Assembly: GCA_025054955.1 (NCBI GenBank)
Contig: JANWZE010000031.1
Location: 38,567-102,566, forward strand
Length of the DNA stretch: 64,000 nt
Direction of reading: 5' to 3'
From: Blastocatellia bacterium
GTDB lineage: Bacteria; Acidobacteriota; Blastocatellia; HR10; J050
Shown in pieces: positions 38,033 through 47,969 of this stretch (the stretch's first letter is position 1; each line of letters begins with the position of its first letter). A program made the translations under genes and the position numbers. The notes under the pieces are model-generated. The model did no database searches and had not been told where the DNA came from. It saw only the letters and a list, made by a program, of their open reading frames with translations.

Positions 38033-39136
38033 TCATAGGTTGTTGCTAGCGCTGGCGGGCAGCGCGGCATGTCCTTGATAACAGCACGGACCCGGAGGAA
38101 TCCGTTTGCCATGCGGACAGTGCGTCGGGTGACCAAGGAAGGCGCATATACTATTGGTCATTTCCGGGCTTAAAATGTGCTCGAACACACAGGCTTCAGC
38201 TTCAGCCTGTTGATCCGGCATGCTGAGCGTGTTTGAGAAAAGCGTCTCAGCGAGCCGATGTCGTCGAATCAAGCTCCGAGCGCGTGCCTCGCCTTCCGAG
38301 GTGAGAAAGATGTCGTTGCCGTTGAGCGTGAACAACCGATTCATCCGCTCCGCATTGATATAGGCCTCACCGAACCGTCCGAGTGTTTTGATCACTGCAT
38401 CGCGTGTCAACTGACCGTCTTCTCTGAGCACCCAGAGTTGCTCCATGATTTCGTCAATGTTCTCCTCGACTTTTTCCGGCGTCAGATCAAAACCGATGAC
38501 GCGGCCATGATCCAGTTGAATCTGCCGATCCGCTTTCTGACCGATGCGGACATCGTGTGTGACCAGCACAATGGTATGGCCTTCGTGATGCAGTTCGCTC
38601 AACAGGTCCATGACAAGGCGTTCGTTCTCTTCATCAAGATTGCCCGTTGGCTCATCGGCCAGCAGCAAAGGCGGCTCATTGATCAGCGCCCGAGCGATGC
38701 ATACGCGCTGTTGTTCACCTCCGGAGAGCTCGCAAGGCCGATGGGTCAAGCGGTGGCCTAGGCCAACTCGCGCGAGCGCTTCGGCAGCTTCTTTCTCATC
38801 AACCATACTGTGGTAGTACTGAGCCAGCATGACGTTTTCCAGGGCTGTCAGATAAGGGATCAAGTGGAATTGTTGAAAAATCAGGCCGACATGTTCACGA
38901 CGGAATTCAGTCAATTGCGCGCCGGACAATTGCGTCACATCGTGGCCGGCAATCACCAGTCGTCCTTCGTCTGGTGTATCCAGGCAACCGAGCAAATTCA
39001 ACAGTGTCGTTTTACCTGAACCCGATGGCCCCATCACGGATACCCACTCGCCTTGCTCGATACGCATATCCACGTGATCAAGCGCGCGAACCGGGCCGTA
39101 GTCTTTGGTTAATTTTTCCGCCGTGATGAATGACAT
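38033..39136 (-). CDS. ABC transporter ATP-binding protein (LolD/MacB-type) fused to a C-terminal DtxR-like metalloregulator domain
   Basis: Walker [10 protein letters not shown], signature LSGGEQQR, Walker B LLLADEP. Residues ~225-367 align to the DtxR HTH plus metal-binding/dimerisation region (…[13 protein letters not shown]…[25 protein letters not shown]…) and end in a Cys-rich tail [13 protein letters not shown]. Confidence 0.75.
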   Translation of the reverse strand: MSFITAEKLTKDYGPVRALDHVDMRIEQGEWVSVMGPSGSGKTTLLNLLGCLDTPDEGRLVIAGHDVTQLSGAQLTEFRREHVGLIFQQFHLIPYLTALENVMLAQYYHSMVDEKEAAEALARVGLGHRLTHRPCELSGGEQQRVCIARALINEPPLLLADEPTGNLDEENERLVMDLLSELHHEGHTIVLVTHDVRIGQKADRQIQLDHGRVIGFDLTPEKVEENIDEIMEQLWVLREDGQLTRDAVIKTLGRFGEAYINAERMNRLFTLNGNDIFLTSEGEARARSLIRRHRLAETLFSNTLSMPDQQAEAEACVFEHILSPEMTNSICAFLGHPTHCPHGKRIPPGPCCYQGHAALPASASNNL

Positions 39137-39140
39137 AATT

Positions 39141-40283
39141 TCACTCTCCTTTCAACGCCGAGGCCGGCTCGATCGTGAGCGCCCGCTTGAGCGGCGCGTA
39201 TGCTGCCAGCCAACACACAATCAGAGCAAGCGCCAGTGTCAATGGAATCGTCTCTGGCCGAGGTGAGACGCCGGTCTGGAATAGACGCAGGCCAATGAGC
39301 CGTGACCCGATCACGCCGATAGCAAAGCCCGCCAACCCGCCAACCAACGCCAACACCGACGCCTCACTCAACAACAGTCCCAAAATCTGACGCGGTTGCG
39401 CGCCCAACGCTTTCATCAAACCAATTTCACGATGACGTTCCATCACAAGCGCCATCATCGTCGTCATCACGCACAACGCTGAAGTGATCAGGATGATAGC
39501 CGTCAGCACGAACATCACCCATTTGACTTTGCTCAGCACCTGAGCTTCGGATTGCGCGACTTGTCTGAGCGGACGCGCTTCAACGCCTGTAATCCGTTGT
39601 TCAATTTCTCGCGCTGTGGCTTGAACCTGTTGAAGGCCACCCATGACACTCAATGCCAAGAGTGAAATCTGAGCCTTCAGGCCGGTTGCGTGTTGGAGCG
39701 TCGAGAGGCTCATGAATACTTGCTCATCTTCGGATTCACCGGTCGTAACAATGCCCGTGATTCGTAGCAGGCCTTTCCAGCTCCCATCGCCGATGGCCAA
39801 CTGAATGCGATCGCCGACTTGCAATCCCAATCGCTGGGCCAGTTGCGAGCCAATCATGCCTGCATCAGTATTGTCATCGCGAGCCCATTCTCCTTGAACG
39901 TGCCAATATGGGCTGACTTGGCGAACGCTGTTGAATCGGACCCCAGCAACGATGACTGCCTCGTTGCTGGGGTCGGCCTGAATTGTCCCCGTTGCGTAAA
40001 GATAGGGCGCTGAACCAATCACCTTATCAGTGCCGCTGAGGCGTTCCACTTCCACCCACGACTCGCTCAAATGGCTTTCAGGGAACCGGGGGATCACAAC
40101 CAGGTTCGCTCCGTAGGTTCTGAGCTCTCGGTTCATTTTGCGCTCCACATCGAACGTCAAATTGAGCAGCGTCGCTGCCGCCGCCGTTCCCACCATGACA
40201 GCCAGTAAAGCCAGCGCCACTTTGACGCCCCGTCGCACCAGCGATTGTTTGAGCATCTGCCAAAAAAGTTGCTGCTGATTCAT
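39141..40283 (-). CDS. FtsX/MacB-family ABC transporter permease
   Basis: N-terminal TM, large periplasmic domain, C-terminal 3-TM FtsX domain (...GLMKALGAQPRQILGLLLSEA...). Start set at MNQQQLFWQ, 16 nt after the upstream gene's stop. Confidence 0.75.
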   Translation of the reverse strand: MNQQQLFWQMLKQSLVRRGVKVALALLAVMVGTAAAATLLNLTFDVERKMNRELRTYGANLVVIPRFPESHLSESWVEVERLSGTDKVIGSAPYLYATGTIQADPSNEAVIVAGVRFNSVRQVSPYWHVQGEWARDDNTDAGMIGSQLAQRLGLQVGDRIQLAIGDGSWKGLLRITGIVTTGESEDEQVFMSLSTLQHATGLKAQISLLALSVMGGLQQVQATAREIEQRITGVEARPLRQVAQSEAQVLSKVKWVMFVLTAIILITSALCVMTTMMALVMERHREIGLMKALGAQPRQILGLLLSEASVLALVGGLAGFAIGVIGSRLIGLRLFQTGVSPRPETIPLTLALALIVCWLAAYAPLKRALTIEPASALKGE

Positions 40284-40299
40284 ACGCCTTCGTGTATCG

Positions 40300-41577
40300 T
40301 CATGTATTGCGCAAAATTTCAACCGGACGGAAACCAAGCAATTGTCTTGCCGGCACAGCGCACCCAATCAGCGCAATGGCTACTGCCACGCCCAATGCCA
40401 GTGGTAATATGATCGGCTTAAGAGCGACGCTTGAACCGAAAACCACGCTGCCAACCAGCTTGGCTAGTATGATCCCTAAGCCGCAGCCCATGAACCCGCC
40501 GATCAATCCCATCAACGACGCCTCTGTAAGAAACAGAACAACCACCTGTGCGTTGGTCGAGCCAATGGCTTTCATCAATCCAATCTCGGTTCGTCGCTCC
40601 AGCACCGTTGTCATCATAGTGCTCATCACAGCCAGCGCCGATGCCACCAATGCCAGTGCAGCAACCAGTATCATCATGAGTTTCATTTTCTGCAGAATTC
40701 GAGCTTCGGATTCAACAACCCGCTGAATCGGTTTGACGTCAGCCATCGGGAACACCTCACGCAGATTGTGGGCAATCGAACTGACGAATGGCGTACACAT
40801 CCACCGCTCGAATTCTTCTGGCGGCAACCGGTGCGGGTCAGTCCCGAGGCGTTCATAGACTTTGCTTTCCGGTGTCGTGAGCGCGCTGACCAATACGCGC
40901 TCGATTTGTCCTTCACGCCGGGTGAGCTTCTGTACAGCAGCAAGCGTGGTGAAAATTTGATCGTCTTCCGCTCCGCCGGTTGTCAGGACACCGGTGACAT
41001 AAAACGAATCCTGCTGGTTGCCAACTTTGATCTCAAGCGTCTGGCCAGGCTGAATCTGTAATGCCTTGGCTACCGCTTGGCCAACCAGGGCCTGTTGAGG
41101 CGCGTTGGTTTCATCAACCCACTGACCCTCCACATGCCAAAGCGGATTGAGCGTCTTCATGCCGGTTTCCATGGCCCCGCCCTCGAAGCGAACCGGCTGA
41201 TGAAACCAAGTTCCGACCAATTTGACCGCCCGACCACGCACCGAGGCCCACTCGTCCAATATCGGAGCGAATGCCAAAATGTTGTGTCGCCAGAAGACCT
41301 CTTTGATTCTCGGCAGATGGCTTTCAGGCAATGCGCCTTCGGGTTTAAGCCGGCTCAAATCCTCGCCACCAATCTCTAACGGCAGAGCCGTCCCTTTGGG
41401 CACAATCAGCAAGTTGGCTCCAAACGCTTTCAGCTCACGATTGACCTTATCCTCCACATCCAGTGTGATGTTGAGTAGAACGACGATCACACTTGTGCCC
41501 AGCATCAGCGCCAACGTCGCAATCAATTTGCTACGTCGCTGTCGGCGGAACGATTGTGCGACCACACGAAAAAACAT
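40300..41577 (-). CDS. FtsX/MacB-family ABC transporter permease
   Basis: Same architecture (...GLMKAIGSTNAQVVVLFLTEA...). Paralog of the downstream permease. Confidence 0.75.
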   Translation of the reverse strand: MFFRVVAQSFRRQRRSKLIATLALMLGTSVIVVLLNITLDVEDKVNRELKAFGANLLIVPKGTALPLEIGGEDLSRLKPEGALPESHLPRIKEVFWRHNILAFAPILDEWASVRGRAVKLVGTWFHQPVRFEGGAMETGMKTLNPLWHVEGQWVDETNAPQQALVGQAVAKALQIQPGQTLEIKVGNQQDSFYVTGVLTTGGAEDDQIFTTLAAVQKLTRREGQIERVLVSALTTPESKVYERLGTDPHRLPPEEFERWMCTPFVSSIAHNLREVFPMADVKPIQRVVESEARILQKMKLMMILVAALALVASALAVMSTMMTTVLERRTEIGLMKAIGSTNAQVVVLFLTEASLMGLIGGFMGCGLGIILAKLVGSVVFGSSVALKPIILPLALGVAVAIALIGCAVPARQLLGFRPVEILRNT

Positions 41578-41605
41578 CAGGCGTACTCCTGATTTTTACT
41601 TCTCG

Positions 41606-43027
41606 TTAACGAGCGTACATCTCTGGGTTCTTCTCGAATGCCTTAGCGCATTCCGGCATTTTGCAAAAATAGTAAGTCCGCCCATTGTGCTGAACCTGCT
41701 TGCCCACATCAGCCATGCGCAGCTTCATCTGGCAAACAGGATCAAGAAGTTCGACCGGCTCGCTGTTGCCGAATCGTCCAACTTCCTTCATCACATCGCT
41801 GGCAGCGACCACTAACCAATCTCCATTAACGTGAGACGCCAGTGGAATGGGATTGCAGCCGCCGGTTTCGCCGATCGTCGGCGCATGAATATCTGCCGCG
41901 CAGTTGAGGCAGACGATCGCCCGGTCCTCCTGAACATATCCGTAAGCGCCGCAAATTTCGCAGGCGTCAAATGCCGTGCGGATTTTACCCTCGTCTGTCT
42001 TGAGCGCCAAAAAGCGAACCGTCGTCCCATTGACCGGCAAGCCGAAGCGATGAAGCTGGCCGTCATTGACCTCAGCGATAGGAATTTTGATCAGACCATT
42101 GTCGGCTTGCACGAGCTTCGGTGGACTAATCGTTCTCGAGCGCGTCGAGTAAGCATAATTGACTGTCAACACGGTGACGATCAAAACGCCAACCGTCGCC
42201 GTGATCAGTCGCCACCGCTTTTCCCGATTGAGCTGGGCCAATTGTTTGCGTGCTTCGGCCCCGTGAAGTTCAGCCGCCATGCTCAGGCGTTGTCGCGCTT
42301 GTTGACTGGGAACGAGTGTCATGATCAGTGGCAGCGCAATGATCGTCAAGATGAACAGCACATCGTGCTTGACAAGTGGTCCAATCAGGCTCATTTGGCG
42401 CGGCCCCAGAGGAATGACGCCGGCTTCCGCCAACTCGTGCAGACCACCGATTACAAGCTGCACGGCAAAGACCAGCAGCACAATACCTGTTACCTTGAAG
42501 AACCGGCCTAGATCAATGCGTACCGCTCCTTTGAATATGGCAATGCCCAGCGTCACGGCCAAACCAAGACCTATTATTCCGCCAAGCCAGCTAAGCAGCG
42601 CGTCGGTTGTCAAATTGACTGCGCTCAGAAATAGGATCGTCTCGATGCCTTCGCGAAAGATCATGACAAAAGTGAATCCAACAAGTCCCCACGAGTAGCC
42701 GGCAGCAGCTCCCTCGACAATTGTGCCGACGCGCTGCTCAATCTCTCCTTTTAATCTATGAGCCGTGCGCCACATCCAAATGATCATACTGCTGACAAAC
42801 ACAGCAGCCACCAGCATGGCAACGCCTTCAAATAACTCAGCGTTGAACTGAATGCGACTGAGACTCCACGCCCCGATGAGGCTAGCCAGCACAGCCAAGC
42901 TTAACCCCAAATAGACCGAGCGCGTTAAATCACTTCGCTCAATTTTGCGCAGGTAGGCCAGAATGATCCCAATAATGAGGGCGGCTTCAACGCCTTCACG
43001 CAACATGATGACGAGTGCTTGAAACAT
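41606..43027 (-). CDS. FTR1-family high-affinity iron permease fused to a Cys-rich periplasmic domain and a C-terminal YHS domain
   Basis: Two REXXE motifs (MLREGVEAAL, IFREGIETILF) in a 7-TM core. Then DACEICGAYGY...CLNCAADIH...GGCNP. Then the YHS-like DPVCQMKL...GRTYYFCKMPECAKAFEKNPEMY. Start set at MFQALVIML. Confidence 0.75.
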   Translation of the reverse strand: MFQALVIMLREGVEAALIIGIILAYLRKIERSDLTRSVYLGLSLAVLASLIGAWSLSRIQFNAELFEGVAMLVAAVFVSSMIIWMWRTAHRLKGEIEQRVGTIVEGAAAGYSWGLVGFTFVMIFREGIETILFLSAVNLTTDALLSWLGGIIGLGLAVTLGIAIFKGAVRIDLGRFFKVTGIVLLVFAVQLVIGGLHELAEAGVIPLGPRQMSLIGPLVKHDVLFILTIIALPLIMTLVPSQQARQRLSMAAELHGAEARKQLAQLNREKRWRLITATVGVLIVTVLTVNYAYSTRSRTISPPKLVQADNGLIKIPIAEVNDGQLHRFGLPVNGTTVRFLALKTDEGKIRTAFDACEICGAYGYVQEDRAIVCLNCAADIHAPTIGETGGCNPIPLASHVNGDWLVVAASDVMKEVGRFGNSEPVELLDPVCQMKLRMADVGKQVQHNGRTYYFCKMPECAKAFEKNPEMYAR

Positions 43028-43102
43028 AGGAATGGATCCTAATTTGAAAATGGTTTTCAATTTCGAGCAGAAGAGATTAACGACAGAAGGGGAAAAAGTC
43101 AA

Positions 43103-43390
43103 CGAGCAAGGCCAGCGCGTTCAGCAACGTTTCATCCGCACGCATGTTTCGACGTGTATTAGTAGAGATGAGCAGGGCTAGATTGCGTTCAGTGACGTTT
43201 CATCCGCGCGCGTATCTGGACACGAGCTAGAGCGATTTGCGAATGAGTTTATCCTGGGGCGCGCACTTCCAGCATGCATGAGCCCGCAAGATGCGGGCGC
43301 TCCCCGGGTAAAGGCAAATGAAAATCGCTTTAGTGAGAAGGATGAGCGCGGCACAGGGTCGCGTTCAGTGACGTTTCATCCGCGCGCGTA
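43103..43390. repeat. repeat cluster: three copies of a ~35-bp unit derived from the GT2 gene 3' end (gcgttcag(t/c)(g/a)acgtttcatccgc(g/a)cgc(g/a)t(a/g)t) flanking a ~100-bp family-A structured element (43231-43333)
   Basis: Unit copies at about 43126, 43185 and 43357. The 43357 copy contains the gene's stop and last codons. Confidence 0.8.
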
Positions 43391-44867
43391 TCTCGACTGT
43401 CCGCAGCCAATCCTTATAGGCGTCATATTGATTCATCGTGGTTAAAGGCAAGGCTCGGTCTGTATTCTCTTCCCAGCGCCGGACCAAATAAAGCGATTCA
43501 TAGATGCGTCCGATTTCATACTCTCGACTGATGCGCAGCCCGACGGCATAATCTTCGCCATAGCTCGTATTGGGAAACTTGATCTGTCGTAGCACAGGCA
43601 CATAAAACGCGCGAGGCGCGCCCAGACCAAGAACCCGTAACGCATTATTGCGACCGTTCTCCTGCGTCCATTCCCGATGATCAATCAACCCGGGGGGGGT
43701 CTCTTCGAGGTTGAAGTTGACGGTCGTGTACGAGCCAATGACCATCGCATATCGAGGCGCGGCCGTTGGCGATTCCCAGAATTTGTCAACCATCGTTTGT
43801 AGGGTATGTGTGTCACGATACAAATCATCCGAATCAAGCTGGACAGCAATTAACCCGCACTCCGGTGAATCAATCGCTTCATTCCAGCAACCACCAATAC
43901 CGAGATCGGTTCGTTGAGGAATCTTGTGAATCAAATTCTTATGCTGTCGAGCCGAGTTTTTGACGATGTCTGTTGTGCCGTCAGTCGAGTGGTTATCCAC
44001 CACGATGACGTTATAAGCGAACGAGGTTTCCTGGCTCAGGGCGCTATTGATAGCATCGGCAATCGTTTTCTCTCGATTACGCACTGGAATGACGATGCTT
44101 GCCATCACGGGAAAAGCGGTTTCGGTCGCCGGCGGTGATTGAAAGACCGGCTCCAAAAACGCGCCGATACGACGTAGATGGGCAGTAGCAATTCGCTCCA
44201 TCTCCAGTTGGTAATCGCGGTTATTGGGGTCAACATAACGATGGACAGGCTCCAGATCGGCTTGCTCGTCAATGGCCACCGGGCAGCGCGTGTAGAGCGG
44301 TTCCGGAACGCGGACAATGGCTGAATCAATTGAGATTTTCAGCCGAAGATCGTACACGCCGCCCCAGCGGATCGTTGCTTCAATGCGCCCGTGCTGCCGT
44401 CGCGCCCGGTCTGCTGCTTGTTTTGAGATCAGCAACAGCGAACCAAAATCAAAGGTGTCGCGGATGCTGCCCAGTTGATAATCAATGGTCGGGTGTTCGG
44501 TCACCTGACCGTGATTCCGCTCTCTAAAATCGGCATATATGATTCCGGCCTGTGTATCATCCATCACGGCGAGCAACCGTTCGATGGCTTGCTGACTGAT
44601 GTCCACCTCGTGACCGGGTAAAAGAAGCAACAGATGCTCAGTCGTGACAGCATCGAGGGCGCGCTCGATGCAATCACCGGAGAACCAGGAATCGGCCTGA
44701 AGGAATTGCACGCCGTCAGGCGGCGCTTGTAGCGGTGGGGTTTCCCGATGTAACACCACGGTGCGCTCGATCAGCGGATTCTGCGTGAACAGTTCGAGCT
44801 GGCGAGCAAACCCAGAAGCGCCAGCGTGATCAGAGAAATCAGGTATGATAGCTGTCAACGGTTTCAT
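43365..44867 (-). CDS. glycosyltransferase family 2 protein (two-domain; GT2 catalytic domain in the C-terminal half)
   Basis: ...MASIVIPVRNREKTIADAINSALSQETSFAYNVIVVDNHSTDGT... with a DxD-like QLDSDD. Confidence 0.7.
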   Translation of the reverse strand: MKPLTAIIPDFSDHAGASGFARQLELFTQNPLIERTVVLHRETPPLQAPPDGVQFLQADSWFSGDCIERALDAVTTEHLLLLLPGHEVDISQQAIERLLAVMDDTQAGIIYADFRERNHGQVTEHPTIDYQLGSIRDTFDFGSLLLISKQAADRARRQHGRIEATIRWGGVYDLRLKISIDSAIVRVPEPLYTRCPVAIDEQADLEPVHRYVDPNNRDYQLEMERIATAHLRRIGAFLEPVFQSPPATETAFPVMASIVIPVRNREKTIADAINSALSQETSFAYNVIVVDNHSTDGTTDIVKNSARQHKNLIHKIPQRTDLGIGGCWNEAIDSPECGLIAVQLDSDDLYRDTHTLQTMVDKFWESPTAAPRYAMVIGSYTTVNFNLEETPPGLIDHREWTQENGRNNALRVLGLGAPRAFYVPVLRQIKFPNTSYGEDYAVGLRISREYEIGRIYESLYLVRRWEENTDRALPLTTMNQYDAYKDWLRTVEIRARMKRH

Positions 44868-45117
44868 CTTGTCGTTACGTCCTTGCAGTTTTCACTGAAT
44901 CAGCGATTGTACACAGCCTTGGGTGTGTATTCAAAATTTTTTGCTGATGGCTCACGTCGGACCGTCAATCTAGCTGGTGAGAAATGCATCAGTTGATTGT
45001 GAAGATGCTCCAATCGGTTCTCTCTTCGTTTACTGGCATCCCATGCTGGTCATGCCGGCGTTACTGATGTAGCGCAGATGAGCGCATCTTTGTCCCAGGT
45101 GCGTATCGTGCAAAATC

Positions 45118-46068
45118 CTATTGATAAAGGTCTGGTTCTCCGGTCGGTCGTGTATGCCACCGCTTATGAACCCACAGCCACTGATCTGGATGACGACGGA
45201 TGATCTGTTCGATGACCTGGTTGAACCGGGTGGTATTAAGTTGAATATCGCGCTGTGCATCGTCCGTTGTTTGCAGTGGCACGGGTGGCTCAAAATGCAG
45301 TCGGTGCTTTTTCCGTTGCTCGTCCCAGATGAGGTAGCCGGGGACGACCGGCGCGCCGGTGCGCCGTGCCAGCATGGCCATGATCGGAGATGTACAGGCT
45401 GGGCGTCCGAAAAAGTCGCAAAAAATGCCTTCGTGAGGTTGTGTATTCAAATCGAGCAGGATGCCAACCGTTGCGCCGCGCCTGAGAGCTTGCAAGACAT
45501 GCCTGACTGAGTCTGTTTTGTTCACGACGAGGACTCCGCTTGATCGGCGATAGCGTTCGATCAAGCGATCCAGCCGAGGATTGTCTAGCCGTCGCGCCAG
45601 AACATACATGGGATAGCCGAACAGCGCGTGGGCAAACGAGCTCAGCTCCCATGCGCCGATATGAGCCGTCAGTATCAGCACGCCGCGTGCTTGTGCTGAC
45701 GCCTGTTGATAGTGTTCGAGGCCGTCATATTCGACAATCTCAGAGACGTTCGCCGGAGTCAGTTTTGGAAATTGACTGAACTCACCTAGCAAGCGTCCGA
45801 GGTTACGAAAGGCGCCGCGCAGGACTCGGTCGCGTTCCGCTTGGCTCATATCTGGAAAGGCCAGTTCTAGGTTACGTCGTCCCACTCGCCGCAGCCTTCT
45901 CCACACGTGACCGGTCAATTGCCCGATGACGCATCCGGCTGTAAGCGCCCATGAACGGGGCAGCATGCCCAGGCCTTTCAACACCGCAAAAGCAATGATG
46001 AATTCAAGCCAATCGCGGATGAGGCTGCGTGCTTTCATGTTCTGATGCAGCGGGCGGCAAACTACCAC
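45118..46068 (-). CDS. lipid A biosynthesis (Kdo)-lipid IVA acyltransferase-like protein (HtrB/MsbB/LpxL lysophospholipid acyltransferase family)
   Basis: Family-typical ...LILTAHIGAWE... with the HX4E-type catalytic region (HIGAWE) and overall length. An alternative start MKARSL lies at 46038. Confidence 0.7.
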   Translation of the reverse strand: MVVCRPLHQNMKARSLIRDWLEFIIAFAVLKGLGMLPRSWALTAGCVIGQLTGHVWRRLRRVGRRNLELAFPDMSQAERDRVLRGAFRNLGRLLGEFSQFPKLTPANVSEIVEYDGLEHYQQASAQARGVLILTAHIGAWELSSFAHALFGYPMYVLARRLDNPRLDRLIERYRRSSGVLVVNKTDSVRHVLQALRRGATVGILLDLNTQPHEGIFCDFFGRPACTSPIMAMLARRTGAPVVPGYLIWDEQRKKHRLHFEPPVPLQTTDDAQRDIQLNTTRFNQVIEQIIRRHPDQWLWVHKRWHTRPTGEPDLYQ

Positions 46069-46437
46069 AGCTAAAATTCGGCTGTCAATTTGCTCAAGCC
46101 AGGTCAGTGCGCACGTTTTGGGTTACCACACTGACAATCCAGTGTGGTGTGATTGGTCGAGCGAATTCGGCGATGACGCCCGATTGGTTGGTAAATTTTT
46201 CTCCTCCAACTCATTGTTCATGATGGTGAGTTGCCCAGCTTTCATGGCATGGCAGTTGCTCAATCTTGGTTGCGAAGGACAGTAACACGTCAAAGAAGCG
46301 TTGAGACAATCGGGGGGCTGCACGGTCAAACCGGCGGCGCTCAACGCTTCTTTGTTTTTTCTCTGGTTGCAAGCCGTGACAAGTTCCTAAGCCGAGCCTG
46401 TTGGCCATAGCGGAGAGGCAACCGAGGCACGCCGCAG

Positions 46438-46543
46438 CCGTGACAATCATACGCCAAGCATCACCGGTATACGGTGGCTCGGGCAATGGCATTTGCTGTA
46501 GACGAATCGGGTGACAATCATACGCCAAGCATCAGCGGTATGC
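46438..46543. repeat. two direct copies (~33 bp, gtgacaatcatacgccaagcatca(c/g)cggtat(a/g)cg), the second containing the 3' end and stop of the 46532..47650 gene
   Basis: Seen directly. The copies are spaced ~73 bp apart. Confidence 0.8.
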
Positions 46544-47650
46544 GACTCTCATCTGCGACGGTCGTTGTTGAACCGCTATCACATCGAACGAAAGGCGGCC
46601 GAGCAACCGACCCTGCGTTGTTTTCACTTCCACGCGCCACTTGCCCGGTCCAATGTTTCGCTTGAGCGAGTAACCGCGATAGCCGCCCTCGCGACCGCCT
46701 ACAATCGGGTAGCTATGTTGGCCTCGGATGGTCCACCGGCCGTTTGCGTCTTTTTGTTGCCATTCGTGCACAACCTGCTCGTTCAATTGCGTCGGCGCGA
46801 ACACGGCTGTGAAGCAGTAAACGGTATCACCCGTGGCGTAGTGGAAATCGCGTTCATCCTGTTTCCAAAATTGCCACCAACTTGGCTGACGATATGTCAC
46901 CTCGTACTTGTCGCCGAGGCGCTTGACGCTGCGATAGATGCCGCCATCTTTCAGCGCGAGCGGCACAGGCGGCATCCAGTTTAAGAAATAGAAGCAGACA
47001 AGCGCGGCGAAAATCACCAACGGGAGTTGAGCAGCATGTAGCATCTGGTTGCGCCATCGCTTGCCATGAATGAGCGCCAGGATGGCGGCCAGCGGCGCAA
47101 AGCTCACAAGGCCGCTTGTGATGAACAGGCCGTCGCTCATGGTACGGGTTACCACCGGCAGGAAAAATGTGAAAAAAGCGAAGCAGCAAAAGTAATAGAT
47201 CGCCGTGAGCAGCGTGAGATTGCGGAGCCGATGCGAAAAGAATTCGTTCGCCAACATCAATCCCACAAGCAGGAGGACGAAGATCAGGGATTTTCCCACG
47301 CCAGCGCTTTTGAAATAAAAGACCACATAGCTGGAAAGCAAGCCACCCAAGAAAAAGTGGGTAGCAGCGGTGATCAGGTCCAGCCGACGGATGACCCAAG
47401 CGCGGGTGAGGTATCCTTGCTCGACGCGACCGATGATGACGATAAGCAAGCCGGCGGCCAAGGCGTAGCCGAGCAGGATCAGATTGTCAGACCATTTGTC
47501 AATCCGTGTGAGCGTAAGCGTATCCCAGAGGAATCCGGCGATGAACGCTCCCAACGGGATGTATTTCTCATAGCGCTGATACCAGTATTTAAGCAGTTGG
47601 TGGCGATGTGCGATGGTTGGTGGCGTGCGCGCGATATGCTCGTCGGACAT
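46532..47650 (-). CDS. polytopic membrane protein with C-terminal soluble beta-rich domain (hypothetical; DUF2914-like impression)
   Basis: About 8 hydrophobic helices followed by a ~130-aa hydrophilic domain. No catalytic motif recognised. Confidence 0.45.
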   Translation of the reverse strand: MSDEHIARTPPTIAHRHQLLKYWYQRYEKYIPLGAFIAGFLWDTLTLTRIDKWSDNLILLGYALAAGLLIVIIGRVEQGYLTRAWVIRRLDLITAATHFFLGGLLSSYVVFYFKSAGVGKSLIFVLLLVGLMLANEFFSHRLRNLTLLTAIYYFCCFAFFTFFLPVVTRTMSDGLFITSGLVSFAPLAAILALIHGKRWRNQMLHAAQLPLVIFAALVCFYFLNWMPPVPLALKDGGIYRSVKRLGDKYEVTYRQPSWWQFWKQDERDFHYATGDTVYCFTAVFAPTQLNEQVVHEWQQKDANGRWTIRGQHSYPIVGGREGGYRGYSLKRNIGPGKWRVEVKTTQGRLLGRLSFDVIAVQQRPSQMRVAYR

Positions 47651-47805
47651 AGTCGTTGTGGTTATAAAGCCATTGTCATTTCGCTCGTTTTCGACGGGCT
47701 GCTGGTGAGCCTGTTTGGACGCGCAAAGCGGCGGTGTTTCTGTCGCGCTATGTCGAGACTGAATGCTAACGCCGACCTCAACAGCAAGTCGTATGTGAGA
47801 TGATC

Positions 47806-47969
47806 GTGCCGGTTCATGTTTCTCTTTGTGTCGTGTGCCGAATTAGTGCGTTAGCTCATAGTTCTCTTCATTCGGCAGGTCGTATGCAAGGTTATTGCGT
47901 TGGTTCATGGATCGCTTCGTGTGGTGCGCAAGGTTATTGTGTTGGTTCATGGCTCTCTTCGTTCGGCAG
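47806..47969. repeat. tandem partial duplications (~40-bp unit x ~3) of the adenosine deaminase gene 3' end
   Basis: gcaaggttattg(c/t)gttggttcatgg(a/c)tc(g/t)cttcgt... is repeated. The last copy encodes ...LPNEESHEPTQ*. Confidence 0.8.

Noticed and set aside
47066-47803. 245-aa plus-strand ORF rich in E/K/Q/D
   Set aside because: It runs antisense to the polytopic membrane protein gene and its low-complexity composition is produced by the complementary strand of hydrophobic codons.
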